A stretch of 64,000 bases of DNA from Selaginella moellendorffii (Eukaryota; Plantae; Lycopodiophyta). The position numbers were made by a program, and so were the translations under genes. Shown here piece after piece: positions 9,673 through 20,355 of this stretch; the first letter of the stretch is position 1; every line of letters begins with the position of its first letter. The DNA is taken from NCBI RefSeq assembly GCF_000143415.4, contig NW_003314278.1, positions 1,996,362 to 2,060,361 on the forward strand. The letters run 5' to 3'. A model generated the notes under the pieces. It was not told the DNA's origin. It ran no database searches and saw nothing but the letters and a program-made list of their open reading frames with translations.

Positions 9673-12339
9673 CTACCAAATGTTTTTGCAAGAGCAAACA
9701 CCACCTACGAACCTGTGAATCCTGTTGGCATCCTTCACAACAATCTCTCGTCCAACAACCTTGGACAAAAACTGGGTTGCGTCATGGCAGTCATAACACA
9801 TTCTCAAGTTCTTGGTCACCTCAACTTTGGTCCCGGGCTGCGTAGAAATGAAAGCGTAACCAAGCGCAAGCTTCTCACTGTGGCGGCACAGAAGCTCCTC
9901 TTTCGCTCTCTCCTCATCGCCGTCATCTCCCAGCATCGTCACCACATTAGTATTTGGAACATAGCCAGCCTCTCTCATGAGTACTTCCAGCCTCGCAAGC
10001 TCCTTGTGAACGTTCTCGATTTGGGGATGCGAGGTATCCCCAACCACGAATCTATGCAGCTTGCCTCCGACCCTCACCCGGCTTACCCCTGGAATCCTCT
10101 TCACGTTCCTCGTCAACATCATCTCCTTGACAAGTTTTACATCGTCTTCGTTTCCATCCCCACTGCTAAGAGTGTTGGCCAACAAGACGTGAAGAGAACC
10201 GCTTCTTGAGTCCAATTCCAGTGCTTTCTCTACCATACGCTTTGCTCTATCGCAGTCATTGAAGCTCCTGCAAGCTCCCAGAAATGCGTGCCAAGCTACC
10301 TCGTCCGGAACGAAAGGCATGTCGAGGATCAAAGCTTCGGCTTTGTCCAAGTGTCTTGCTCGCCCAAAGAGATCTATCATGCAAGTGTAGTGCCTCTCTG
10401 TAGCTTCGATCCCGTAGTCTGCCACCATCAAAAGAAAGCAGTCCCTCGCGTCCATCACCTTCGCGACATGGCTAAAACCATCCAGGAGGCAAACGAACGA
10501 GACCTCGTTTACTTCAATTCCTTCCATGGATATAAACCGAAGAAGCTCCATTGACTCCCAGACCTGACCGTTTCGCGAGTATCCCGCAAGCACTGAGTTG
10601 AGCATCTCGACTTGCCAGCACGGAGCCAACACTAAAACCTCGCAAGCTTTGCTAATTTGCCCATGTCTCGCATATGCCGCAGCGAGCAAGGTCCACGATA
10701 TCGAGTTCCTCTCCATCATCCCGTCGAAAGCTTTTTTGGAATCTAGCGGCGTAGCGTGGCTGGCGTAGCATAAAAGCATGGCGTTCCATGAAACTGTGTT
10801 TGTTTTTGCCATCTTTCTTAGAACAAGCTCGGCCATCTCGACTTCCCCGCTCGCCACATAGGCGGAAAGAAAAACCGTCCAGAGAACGACATCCCGCTGC
10901 TCAGCATAAAAGAATCTTTCTTTGATTATATTCATGCTATCTCTTCCGGTGATCTCGACTATATGCGTAGTACACGCCGTTGCATCCCATTGTGGCATCA
11001 AATAGAAGACCCTTTCCGCTTCAACAAAATCCCCACCGTTGGTATTTGCAGTGACGAGCAAAGTCCACATTGCTACACACCTCTTGGGGGAAATATCAAA
11101 TGCTTCTTTGCACTCAATTGCGCAGCCATGCCTGGCCAACGCTCCTAACAAAACAATGTACGCCACAGTGTCGTGTAGAGGCATCAACCAAAACGCTTTC
11201 CTCGCTTCGTCCACGAATCCATTGTGAGCGTATCCACGCAGCAGCACCGTCCACAAGATCAAATTCCACTCGAGGCTACTGTCAAAAACCACCTTTGCTT
11301 GTTCCATCTCGCCGGCCTTCCCATAAGCATCAACGATTGCCGCTAAGTTGGCGGTGTTTATCTGCGGCATTTTGTCCAAGACGCTGGCCGCAGCATTTGA
11401 ATCCCCTGCTCTGGAGAAGGCATTGAGCAAGGAATTAAACGAGACAATCGATCTGCCACCTTGCAAGTCATCGAACTTTCTCTTGGCATCTGCGTCGTCG
11501 TGCGAAGGGCATGAGTTCCAAGAGACGGTGTCCCACTCGGGCATCTTGACGAAAATGTTTCGGGCTTCTTCGTCATGCCCGGCTCTTGCCAGAGCCGCGA
11601 GGATCGTGTTCCAGGACACCATATCCCTCTTCCCTTCCATCCTCTCGAAGCAATCCATGGCTTCCTGGACGCGGCCACACTTGGAGTAGCAACTCACGAG
11701 CGCGTTCCACGCGACAGTGTCGACTTCTCGCGAGGAGATCCGATCGAACGCCGCCTTTGCATCCTCGGGCTTGCACTGCTCGGCAAAGACCCCGATCATG
11801 GCCGTGCAAGAGATCTTGTTGGCCACCACCCCCTCGTCCTCCATCTCGCGGAAGAGCTCCTGGGCATCGCTCCACTTTCGATTGTCGAGAAAGACCTTGA
11901 GCATGGTGTTCCACGAGTAGTCGTCCCGGGAAGCCATGCTCGCGAACACTCTGTGAGCTTCGGCGACGCCCTGGCACCTCCCAAACATGAGGATGATGAG
12001 ATTGGAGAGGTATCTCTTGTTGGCCGAGAACACGGTGCCACTGGCGAGCACCCGGCGATGGAGAGCCTCGGCCTCACTCAGCCCACCACGAAAGCTTCTC
12101 AGCGTCGAGATACAATCCTCCGCTCGCGTGAACGCGGGCTCCTCGCGGACGACGTTGCGTGAACCTCCTTCGAGCTCGCGATCGCTAGGAGGAATGTTGG
12201 TGATTTCTTCTAGAACTTGCCGGGCCATCGTGCCGATCTTCTCGTCCTTCATCTTGTCACACATCCAGCGCAGGTAACTTTCTGGTACTTCCAAGAGGGA
12301 CTTACCCTTGTGCTTCCCAAACGGCAGGATCGTGTGCAT
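9673..12339 (-). CDS. PLS-class PPR protein with E domain and DYW:PG-type cytidine deaminase domain, plus an unusual N-terminal PFGKHKG domain
   Basis: 888-aa intronless ORF; PPR array; PG box KRIPGVSRV; HSEKLA...CYDCH zinc-binding motif; ends CSCKNIW. Confidence 0.93.
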   Translation of the reverse strand: MHTILPFGKHKGKSLLEVPESYLRWMCDKMKDEKIGTMARQVLEEITNIPPSDRELEGGSRNVVREEPAFTRAEDCISTLRSFRGGLSEAEALHRRVLASGTVFSANKRYLSNLIILMFGRCQGVAEAHRVFASMASRDDYSWNTMLKVFLDNRKWSDAQELFREMEDEGVVANKISCTAMIGVFAEQCKPEDAKAAFDRISSREVDTVAWNALVSCYSKCGRVQEAMDCFERMEGKRDMVSWNTILAALARAGHDEEARNIFVKMPEWDTVSWNSCPSHDDADAKRKFDDLQGGRSIVSFNSLLNAFSRAGDSNAAASVLDKMPQINTANLAAIVDAYGKAGEMEQAKVVFDSSLEWNLILWTVLLRGYAHNGFVDEARKAFWLMPLHDTVAYIVLLGALARHGCAIECKEAFDISPKRCVAMWTLLVTANTNGGDFVEAERVFYLMPQWDATACTTHIVEITGRDSMNIIKERFFYAEQRDVVLWTVFLSAYVASGEVEMAELVLRKMAKTNTVSWNAMLLCYASHATPLDSKKAFDGMMERNSISWTLLAAAYARHGQISKACEVLVLAPCWQVEMLNSVLAGYSRNGQVWESMELLRFISMEGIEVNEVSFVCLLDGFSHVAKVMDARDCFLLMVADYGIEATERHYTCMIDLFGRARHLDKAEALILDMPFVPDEVAWHAFLGACRSFNDCDRAKRMVEKALELDSRSGSLHVLLANTLSSGDGNEDDVKLVKEMMLTRNVKRIPGVSRVRVGGKLHRFVVGDTSHPQIENVHKELARLEVLMREAGYVPNTNVVTMLGDDGDEERAKEELLCRHSEKLALGYAFISTQPGTKVEVTKNLRMCYDCHDATQFLSKVVGREIVVKDANRIHRFVGGVCSCKNIW

Positions 12340-12446
12340 TCCTTCGCAGAGATCAAGGAAGGAATGAAACTACCACCATAGCCATCAAGAACCCTAAATT
12401 CTCGTTCCATTCAAACATTTCTTTCTACAGGGGGATTCCTCCTTCT

Positions 12447-12893
12447 CTACTCCACTTGGATCGTTCTTGGCTGTGGCTTGGCGACCTTTGGAACCGTGAC
12501 AGTGAGAACCCCATTCTCCACTTGGGCCTTGATCCCGTCCACATTGGCATTCTCCGGCAGCCGGAATTTCCTCATGAAGCTGCCATAGCTGCGCTCCACG
12601 CGGTGCCACTTGTCGGTCTTCTGGGCCTCGTGCATCTTCCTCTCGCCACTGATCTGGAGGGTGCGCCCGTGCTCCACCGTGATCTTCACCTCCTCCTTGC
12701 TCAGCCCTGGGAGATCGGCCTTGAAGACGTGGGCGTCGGGCGTCTCGAGCCAATCCACGCGGGTGTTGGCGGCGGCGCTCGCGTCCCTGGCGACCTGCTT
12801 GGAGGGCTCGTTGCCCCCGCCGGACAAGATGGACGAGAGCTCCGGGAAGGGATCGAAGACGCCATTGTCGTTGCCATAGAAGAAGAGAGCCAT
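12447..12893 (-). CDS. Small heat-shock protein HSP20 (cytosolic class I-like)
   Basis: [52 protein letters not shown]. First ATG is at 12893. Confidence 0.95.
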   Translation of the reverse strand: MALFFYGNDNGVFDPFPELSSILSGGGNEPSKQVARDASAAANTRVDWLETPDAHVFKADLPGLSKEEVKITVEHGRTLQISGERKMHEAQKTDKWHRVERSYGSFMRKFRLPENANVDGIKAQVENGVLTVTVPKVAKPQPRTIQVE

Positions 12894-12974
12894 TGCCTCA
12901 CTCACTCTGCTTAAAACCTAGGAAAGATTGGATGGGAATCGCTAGAGATGAGTTCCTGAAAGAGCCCTGCCTCA

Positions 12975-13045
12975 TTTTATACCATCCAGCGCTGGCAATT
13001 CTGGTAGATTCCAGGAGATTCTAAAGAGGTCTAGAAGATTCGAAA
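12975..13045 (-). promoter_or_regulatory. HSP20 TATA box and heat-shock element array
   Basis: TATAAAA (minus strand) at 12975-12981; TTC at 12999, 13009, 13019 and 13039 in 10-bp phase, with one perfect GAAnnTTC at 13034-13041. Confidence 0.8.
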
Positions 13046-13399
13046 GCATATGCCACCAACGGACCTCAAGATATTTAAATTGGCCCTCTCATAGAAATTC
13101 TGTTTAATGATGCCTCTTGGATTTGTTCTTGAATAGAAACATTCCTCTTTCTTATCTATATTCTCAAGAAAGATTGGAACAAGTGTTTCTTCCTGTAAGG
13201 AGTAACTTTTCACGAACTTTTCCTTTGTTCTTACTGTATTCTTTGGAGTGAGATTTATACTTTGCACGAGTCCATGTCATGTTTCCACCCAAACGAAGAT
13301 CCATCCAGATGCCATGGATATCCATTCAGGTGGAGTAGAAAGAAGCAAAATATTATATAATGTACAAACATACACAAGCACCTGGTAAATATCATCTAC

Positions 13400-15041
13400 C
13401 TAGAGCAGCAATCCAGGAAGAGTCATCTCCTCGAAAACTTTCAATCGCCGCCCCGTCCAGCCTTGATCACACTCTTCGAGGCTTTGCAGCTCGCGATCTC
13501 TTGCGGTGGTCTCCTCCAGATCTCGCAGGAGAGCATCGTCTGCGCTGTCAAAGCTGCTAGCCAGGGACCGCCTCGCCGCGGCCGCGCTGTCGTCCTGAAG
13601 AAGAACATCTTTCCAGGTGACCGATTGATCCAAAGCTTTCTTTGGCTTTTCCAAGCTGCTCGCGGGTGACTGCCGGGCGTAAGCTTTGTTTGTCCAATCG
13701 GAAGTGAGCGGCAGCCGCGACTCTTGCTCGCTGCTCGAGGGCGGGTTCCAAATTGTTTCATGTTGCTCGTTCTCGGTCTCATAACTCCTCTTTCTCGAGA
13801 TCTTAGCTTCGGAGGTTTCGTTATCGTCTCCATCGTCGCTAAACCCAGAGGTTGCAGCCAGGATTTCCGGGAGGTGGTGTTTCAGCGAAGTTCTAGCCGG
13901 AGACGATAAGGGGTTCCACGAGCTCTCGTCTACATTGAGTTCCACGGAGGAAGTTGTGGCCTTGGCACTCTTCCTTTGTACGGACTTCATCTCTCTCAGC
14001 TCGACCAGCACCTCCTGGGCTCGCTCGTACGTCTTGCGTTGCGAGGGAGATGCATTCCAGGCCGGGGGAGCCACGCTCTCGAGTGTAACCCTTGCGTCGT
14101 GAAGCTTCCCTTGCTTCTGGAAGCAAATCCCGAGGTTGCAGACTTTGTTGCTGTCTGGCTCTATCGAGAGAGCTTTCCTGGACAAGTGGTTGTGTTCCAT
14201 AGTGAGCATCGAGGCAATGGGAAAGAATCGAAATACCTGTAGACAGCCTCGGCAGCAATATAGTTCGATTGCTGCATATAAGCCCATCCCAAGTTTCCCT
14301 GCAATTGAGATCTCAATAAGCTCTCAGACCTTCGATCTTACAATAGAAAAGCGATCTTCTCACCAGCAAGCGAGACGCCTCTTGCTCGATCGATACTTGA
14401 AACTTGCGTCCCTGTGATCGAGCTGTTTTGGTTCGCTTCCCGTTAAAAGCGAGACCTTCATGGATAAGGTGGAGCTTCCGTTTTAACAGTGCTATTTGGT
14501 CGTCGAGCCGTCCACACCTCTGCGTCAAGGCAACACCGACACTTTAGTCAAAGCAAATAATTAAATATCTCTAAACTCGTCGAGAAGCCTGGCTTTGCAG
14601 TCTTTCCTACCTTGTAGAGATCCAAGAGCACATTATCCAAGGCTTCTTGTGCCTGATCCGTGCAACGATCACGCAGAGACTTGATCGCCTCAATCGCCTC
14701 CTCGGGCCTGTTCTGCTGTTTCATTACAATGGCCATGTCCTTGAGGGCGCTGTCCACACGATCTCCCGCATTGATAGCCGCCCAGAACAAAGCTATAGCT
14801 CGATCTGGATCCTTGTCGACAAGCTGCGATCAAAGCAAGAGGAAGCTCAAGCTTTTGGGAGAGAGAGAGAGAGAGAGAGAGAAGAGAAGAGAGAGAAGAG
14901 AAGAGAAAGAAAGAAAGCCACAACACTTACTTGGACGTGTTTGGCTTTGACATAAGGAGTGTCTCCCACGGGAATTTTGTGTAGAACATGAAAGCTCTCC
15001 TGGAAAGACGCCGAATCCAAGTTGTAGCGATCAATCCACAT
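13400..15041 (-). CDS. TPR protein, MS5/POLLENLESS3/SDI1 family (multi-exon; start approximate)
   Basis: FHVLHKIPVGDTPYVKAKHVQL, AGDRVDSALKDMAIVMKQ, LDNVLLDLYK, C-terminal RRLKVFEEMT. Confidence 0.88.
14859..14915. repeat. (GA)n / GAGAA microsatellite in intron 1 of the TPR gene
   Basis: Visible GA run. Confidence 0.9.
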
Positions 15042-15625
15042 CCTTTGATCTTGCCTCCCTCTCAACAGCTCAAGCCAGGCGAGAATACGACCACGATGCG
15101 ACTAAATCCTCCAATGCATCATCACACTCGATTTGCCGCTCGCATTTCTCGATTTGCCGCCGCTTACCTCGCCCTTAAACCCTAATCTCCCACTCGAATA
15201 TAAGGTCGAGGATCGATGGATGTGTGTGTTGTGTGTGAGAGGAGAGAGAAAGCTTTGCTTCTCCCCTCCTCTACCGGTTTTGCCTCCATTTATATGTAAT
15301 AATGTGGCCAATATCATTGGGAGCTCCGTACACCCGAAGAGGAGTTGCATTTAGACTGAAGGAGGACTAGATACATCCAAAACGATGCACCCGGTCTTGA
15401 AGCGTCGATTCGCATGAACGCGGCGACACGCGAAAATCTAAGAAGCCAAAGCCCGGTCGCGCTCCGTCGTACATGTATATTCCAAATGGAGCACCACTGG
15501 CGGATATTACAAGGATATCCCTTTATTTATTAAACCTGACTAGGTGCAATGCACAAGAAGAGGCATATTCGGTTTGGACTGCGGAGGCTTGGCCACGTAA
15601 AATTGTGTTTCTTTTTCGATATGCC

Positions 15626-17756
15626 TCACTCTTCCAGGCGTGGTTGGCAATGTATGAAGTGTTTCAAGTCCGCGTGGAAGTCTTCCAGGAACGCGTCAAG
15701 TGATTTGCCCTCCATGGCGTTTAGCGCAGTAAATCGTTTCGTTAGATGCTCCAGAGGTGACGACTCGTACTGGGAATATCAAAAAGTTTGGTCTAACCGA
15801 GTATAATCGTAAAATTCGATATACCAACCTTGGCTTGCTGTGTTTTCTCGCACAGGAAGATTGCAAGCGTTGCGTCTGGCACCTATGAGAAATCACACTT
15901 GTAAGTTTCATGTCAAGGAAGAATGGAAAAGTTTGGAGTAGCTCTTACGTACCTCGAGTGCCTGGTTACGCAGGCATAGCCGTGCGCAGGCCGAGGCTGT
16001 TTTCATGAGACTCTCCAGCGTCGCCAAAGAGACTTCGTCGCTCTCCGAAGCTCTTCTCAGCAAGAGGTAGTATCCGCTTATCAGTTGCTGTGCTTCATCA
16101 GTCATTGTCACGCTCTCGATGCTCGATGAGAGGCGGATGCGATGCCTGGCGGAGCCTCGGATTGCGGCACCTTCGCTGAAGTCCAGGATAAACTTCCGGA
16201 TAGAATCTTCGCCGAGACTTTGCTCCTCGAACAGTGGAACAACGATGTCGAATTTGTTGAGGAGTTGGCGATGAAGAAGCTCTTTGCTTCCCTGTTTGAA
16301 GACTCCTCTCTCCCGACGGGGATTCCAAGTCGCGTGAACGCCCCAGACAGTTGACGTGCAAGGCACAACGAGCTCTGGACAGTTCTTCATGGTGAGCACC
16401 TCTTTGTCCATGGCGTCGCACAGTAGCTTTAACGCCTCTTTCGTAAGGAAGTCCTTGCAAACGTCGACGATGCAGACACCACCACTGCTCAAAGCTAAGC
16501 TCCCTGCGTGCAAGCTCCCGTGGTCAGCAGATCGACCGACTGTTGCTAGCAGCTGCTTCTTGTCACCGGAGTGATACACTGACCGTGTTGAGGATGCTGC
16601 CGCTGCTTTCAGCAAGGCCGTGATCGTTGACAGCGAACTCATGGCCGTGAAGAGTAGATGAATTCGCTTCCTGTTTGACTTCGTCTCTTGTAGCGTAGAA
16701 ACCAGGCTGAGAATCACTGCCACCCTCTGGTACTTGGTTGAAAACCTGAGGTATCCACACTCCTGGTCTCCATAGAACTGTTCTGTCAAGAGCTCCAGAG
16801 AAGCTGTGCTTTCTTTCTCTGACCAAGGACTCAGGTCTCTGGGAACGAGCGTCAAGATGTTGTTGGCCTCGATCTGAATTTCTCCAAACAAGTTGCTGCT
16901 CTTGGGCAATGAAGTCGGAAGAAAGCTCGTTGTGTAGACATGTCCCAGGACAGACGCCGTGTCTCCGACATCGATCCTTTGAGTCAAATCGTCAAATAGA
17001 TGAATTCGAGCAAGCGGCTGGTTTATCACGTTGCCTGTGGAAAGGCTGGGCGAAGGACCCAGAAGCACCTCCTAGAAAAAACGTTCCAAGAGGTTCGCAA
17101 CACATAAACTTTATGAAAGAAAGAATTTGGATACAAACCTGGTGACGAATGTATATAGCAGCCGACTCATCCTCATAGAATCCGGCAAAACAACAACGTG
17201 GGAGATGGATTTCTTCCTTGAGCTTGTGATAATCATCGTGGACGGAAGCGCAGCCCCTGCATTTAAATCTCCTCATGAATGGAGAGTATCCAGAAAAGTT
17301 ACGTCAAGGAAAACGCTATGAAAAGCGAAGAGAGAAACACGCTGAGAAGGATATCTTACCGACCGTATGGACAGCATAGGCGACTCCAAAGACGTGAACG
17401 AGCTTGCCATTGTCATCCATGCTACAATCCTTGCTCCTGAGGCGCTCCATTGGCGATACTTGAACCGGAGCGGAAGAAACCCTGATCCACAGCCGAGAAC
17501 CGGACAGCTTGAAATCACGCTCTTCCCGATCGGAATCCACCCCCCGGAGCTCCTTCAGCCGCTCAAGCAGCGCTATCGACAGCTGTTGGGGCTGAATCAA
17601 GATTGCCATGCCGAGCTCCAAATCCCAATTCAACGCCTCGGAAGCATCGATCGGCACCACAATGCAGTCATCGCCTTTCTTTACCTTTGCAATGGCGTCA
17701 CCGAGAGATCCATCGCGCAGCAACCACAGCAAAGCTCTGTCCGCGATCGTGGACAT
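15626..17756 (-). CDS. MCMDC2-like, catalytically degenerate MCM-family protein (multi-exon)
   Basis: MCM architecture: RRFKCRGC zinc finger, OB-fold VGDTASVLG, HAGSLALSSGGVCIVD. Walker B reads VDVCK, arginine finger LNKFD and sensor 2 SLATLESL, all degenerate. Last exon ends ...HCQPRLEE*. Confidence 0.7.
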
Positions 17757-17818
17757 AGCTAGGGCTAAGAAAAAGCCCGCCAAAATTCAATAACAAAAAC
17801 TAAGAAAAATTTCGGCAC

Positions 17819-17891
17819 CGCCGCCCGTGGGGCTCGAACCCACGACCACAAGGTTAAGAGCCTTGCGCTCTACCGACTGAGCTAGGGCGGC
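17819..17891 (-). tRNA. tRNA-Lys(CTT)
   Basis: GCCGCCCTAGCTCAGTCGGTAGAGCGCAAGGCTCTTAACCTTGTGGTCGTGGGTTCGAGCCCCACGGGCGGCG; 73 nt; T-run terminator follows. Confidence 0.97.
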
Positions 17892-17975
17892 AACCGCAAA
17901 GACGTTTGGATGCCCATCTAAAGAAATCATTACCCTCAGCTTACATAATTTCTAGATACTTAAGTAAAAGATGGA

Positions 17976-20330
17976 ATGTGTTTGCTCAAGCTCCGAGCAG
18001 CGATCGATGGATTGGAGAACAGGCAGCGAACAGTCTTTGATCTCACGTCGCATTGCGCATCGCTCCTCCAGATCTGTCGCAACGCCAAGGCGGCGGCATC
18101 GGAAGGACAGCGCCTTCACGCAGTCCTTGCTCGCTATGGGGTCGATCGATCCACCTTCCTGGGCAATCTCATCGTCCAGATGTATGGCAACTCTAGGAAC
18201 CTGGCGGAGGCGTGCGCGGCATTCGCCCAAATCGGGCAGCGCAACGAGTTCTCGTGGAACTCGCTGCTGCTGGCATTTGTGCAGAGTGGGCATCTGGACG
18301 ATGCCATGAAATCGTTCGATCAGATGCCGCAGTGGGATGAAGTTTCATACAACACGATGGTTTCTGCGTACTGCCAGATCGGACACTTGCATCTCGCAAA
18401 GGAGATGTTCGATTCCATGTCCTGCCCAGGAGTTGTGACATGGACTACCATGCTCTCAGCCTATGCCCACAACGGGCATCTTGGCGAAGCGAGAGAGCTC
18501 TTCCTCGCCATGCCCGAGAAGAACACCGTGACTTGGAACACCATGATCCAGGCCAATCTCCGCGAGGGTTTCGTCGAAGATGCCTGGCGCCTCTTCTCGG
18601 TGATGCCCTCCCGGGACGTTGTCTCTTGGAACATCGTCGTCACTGGGCTCACCCAGATCGGCGAGCACGCCGACGCCCACCTCGTCCTCGCCAAGATCCC
18701 CGCTCGGAGCATCTTCACCTGGAACGCGATGCTGTGCGCCAGCGTACACGATGGGCACCTCTCCACCGCGAGGATAATCTTCCGCGAGATGCCCGAGAGG
18801 AACACGATCTCCTGGAACGCGATCATCACTGGGCTCGCGCACAATGGCCAGCCGCAAGAGGCCCAGGCTGCGTTTGAGGAGATGGAGAAGAGGGACGTGA
18901 TCTCCTGGACGTCGCTCGTCGCCGCCTACGCACAGATCGAGCGCCTGGATCGCGCGCGCGCGCTGTTTGATCGGATGCCTGAGCAGGACGTTGTGGCCGG
19001 GAATGCGCTGCTCATGGGATACGGGCGAGCCCGGCTGGTAGGCGAGGCTTGGGAGATCTTTATCGCCACCCCTGCTCGAGTGAGCCTCACTTGGAACCTC
19101 ATGCTCCAGGCTATGGCGGACAGCCGCTGCCACTGCGAGGACGCGCGAGAGCTCTTCGAGAAGATGGCCCGGCACAACATCGTTTCGTGGACAACAATGC
19201 TTAGCTGCTACGCAGAGGGTGGTCAGGATCAATCGGCCAAAGAGATCTTCGACGCGATGCCTCAGAGGAATCTGGTTTCATGGAGCGCCATGCTGCGTGG
19301 ATTCACCCAGAATGGTCATCTTGAGAATGCCGTGAGAATCTTCTACAAGTCTCCAGCGAGGGATCTAGTCGCGTGGACGCTTCTTGTGAGCGCTTTTGCC
19401 GAGCGAAACGAAGTAGAAAATGCGAAAATTTGGTTTAAAGATATGCCACAAAAGGATCTAATCGCCTGGACCGCGATGCTCACAGCATTTGCCGTGAATA
19501 GCGATTTGGATCGCGCCTGGGATGTGTTCCACAGGCTTCCAGCGAGGAACACGGTCGCCTGGAACGCCATGATCGCGGCTTGCGGCCAGAACAACCAGGG
19601 ATCACGGAGCTTGACACTGCTGGGCTTGATGGACGTGGAAGGGATCCATCCCAGCGCGACGACTTTCATCAGCGTGGCGGACGCTTGCACGAGCCTGACG
19701 GCGCTTAAGGAAGGCCGGCTCGTCCACCAGGAGATCACGCTCGCCAGCGGCGATCTCAGCTCCTCCGAGGCTCTCGGAATCGGCAACGCTCTGGTGAGCA
19801 TGTATGGCAAGTGTGGCAAGCTCGACGAGGCGCGAGAGGTGTTCGTGGGGATGATCCAGAGGAGCGATATCACCTGGAACGCGATCATCGCCGCGCACAC
19901 CCAGAACCACTGCAATCTCGGTGACGTCGCGGAGCTCCTGGAGTTGATGCTTCTCGACGGCGTGGCGGTGGACGAGATCACGTCCGTGAGCGTGCTCACC
20001 GTGTGTAGCCAGGCGGGGCTTCTCCTCCACGCCAGGGAGTTCTTCCACTCGATGAGCCGCGAGTTCTCCAGCGCTCCAGGGGCGGATCACTACGCTTGCA
20101 TGATCGATCTCCTCGCGCGGGTTGGCGAGCTGGAGCAGTGCATGGAGCTGATCTGCGCCATGCCTTTCCAGGCGGATGGGATCTCGTGGATGAGCCTCCT
20201 GGGTGCTTGCAAGGGATTGGGCGATCTCGAGCGAGCATTCGTGGCGGCGGAGATGGCCGTGCGCTTGAATCCCGAGAACTCGGCGGCTTACATTCTCTTC
20301 TCCAACATTCTAGAGAAGGACAAAGGATGA
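17976..20330 (+). CDS. PLS/SS-class PPR protein, E-type, no DYW
   Basis: 784-aa intronless ORF with 31-aa repeats; HYACMIDLLARVG...WMSLLGAC...AAYILFSNI. Confidence 0.93.
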   Translation: MCLLKLRAAIDGLENRQRTVFDLTSHCASLLQICRNAKAAASEGQRLHAVLARYGVDRSTFLGNLIVQMYGNSRNLAEACAAFAQIGQRNEFSWNSLLLAFVQSGHLDDAMKSFDQMPQWDEVSYNTMVSAYCQIGHLHLAKEMFDSMSCPGVVTWTTMLSAYAHNGHLGEARELFLAMPEKNTVTWNTMIQANLREGFVEDAWRLFSVMPSRDVVSWNIVVTGLTQIGEHADAHLVLAKIPARSIFTWNAMLCASVHDGHLSTARIIFREMPERNTISWNAIITGLAHNGQPQEAQAAFEEMEKRDVISWTSLVAAYAQIERLDRARALFDRMPEQDVVAGNALLMGYGRARLVGEAWEIFIATPARVSLTWNLMLQAMADSRCHCEDARELFEKMARHNIVSWTTMLSCYAEGGQDQSAKEIFDAMPQRNLVSWSAMLRGFTQNGHLENAVRIFYKSPARDLVAWTLLVSAFAERNEVENAKIWFKDMPQKDLIAWTAMLTAFAVNSDLDRAWDVFHRLPARNTVAWNAMIAACGQNNQGSRSLTLLGLMDVEGIHPSATTFISVADACTSLTALKEGRLVHQEITLASGDLSSSEALGIGNALVSMYGKCGKLDEAREVFVGMIQRSDITWNAIIAAHTQNHCNLGDVAELLELMLLDGVAVDEITSVSVLTVCSQAGLLLHAREFFHSMSREFSSAPGADHYACMIDLLARVGELEQCMELICAMPFQADGISWMSLLGACKGLGDLERAFVAAEMAVRLNPENSAAYILFSNILEKDKG

Positions 20331-20355
20331 TCCGCGATCGTGAGCGAGCGCGATC

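Noticed and set aside
9673-10100. Possible U-to-C (DYW:KP-type) editing domain, given the non-DYW ending
   Set aside because: The PG box and HSEKLA are canonical C-to-U type.
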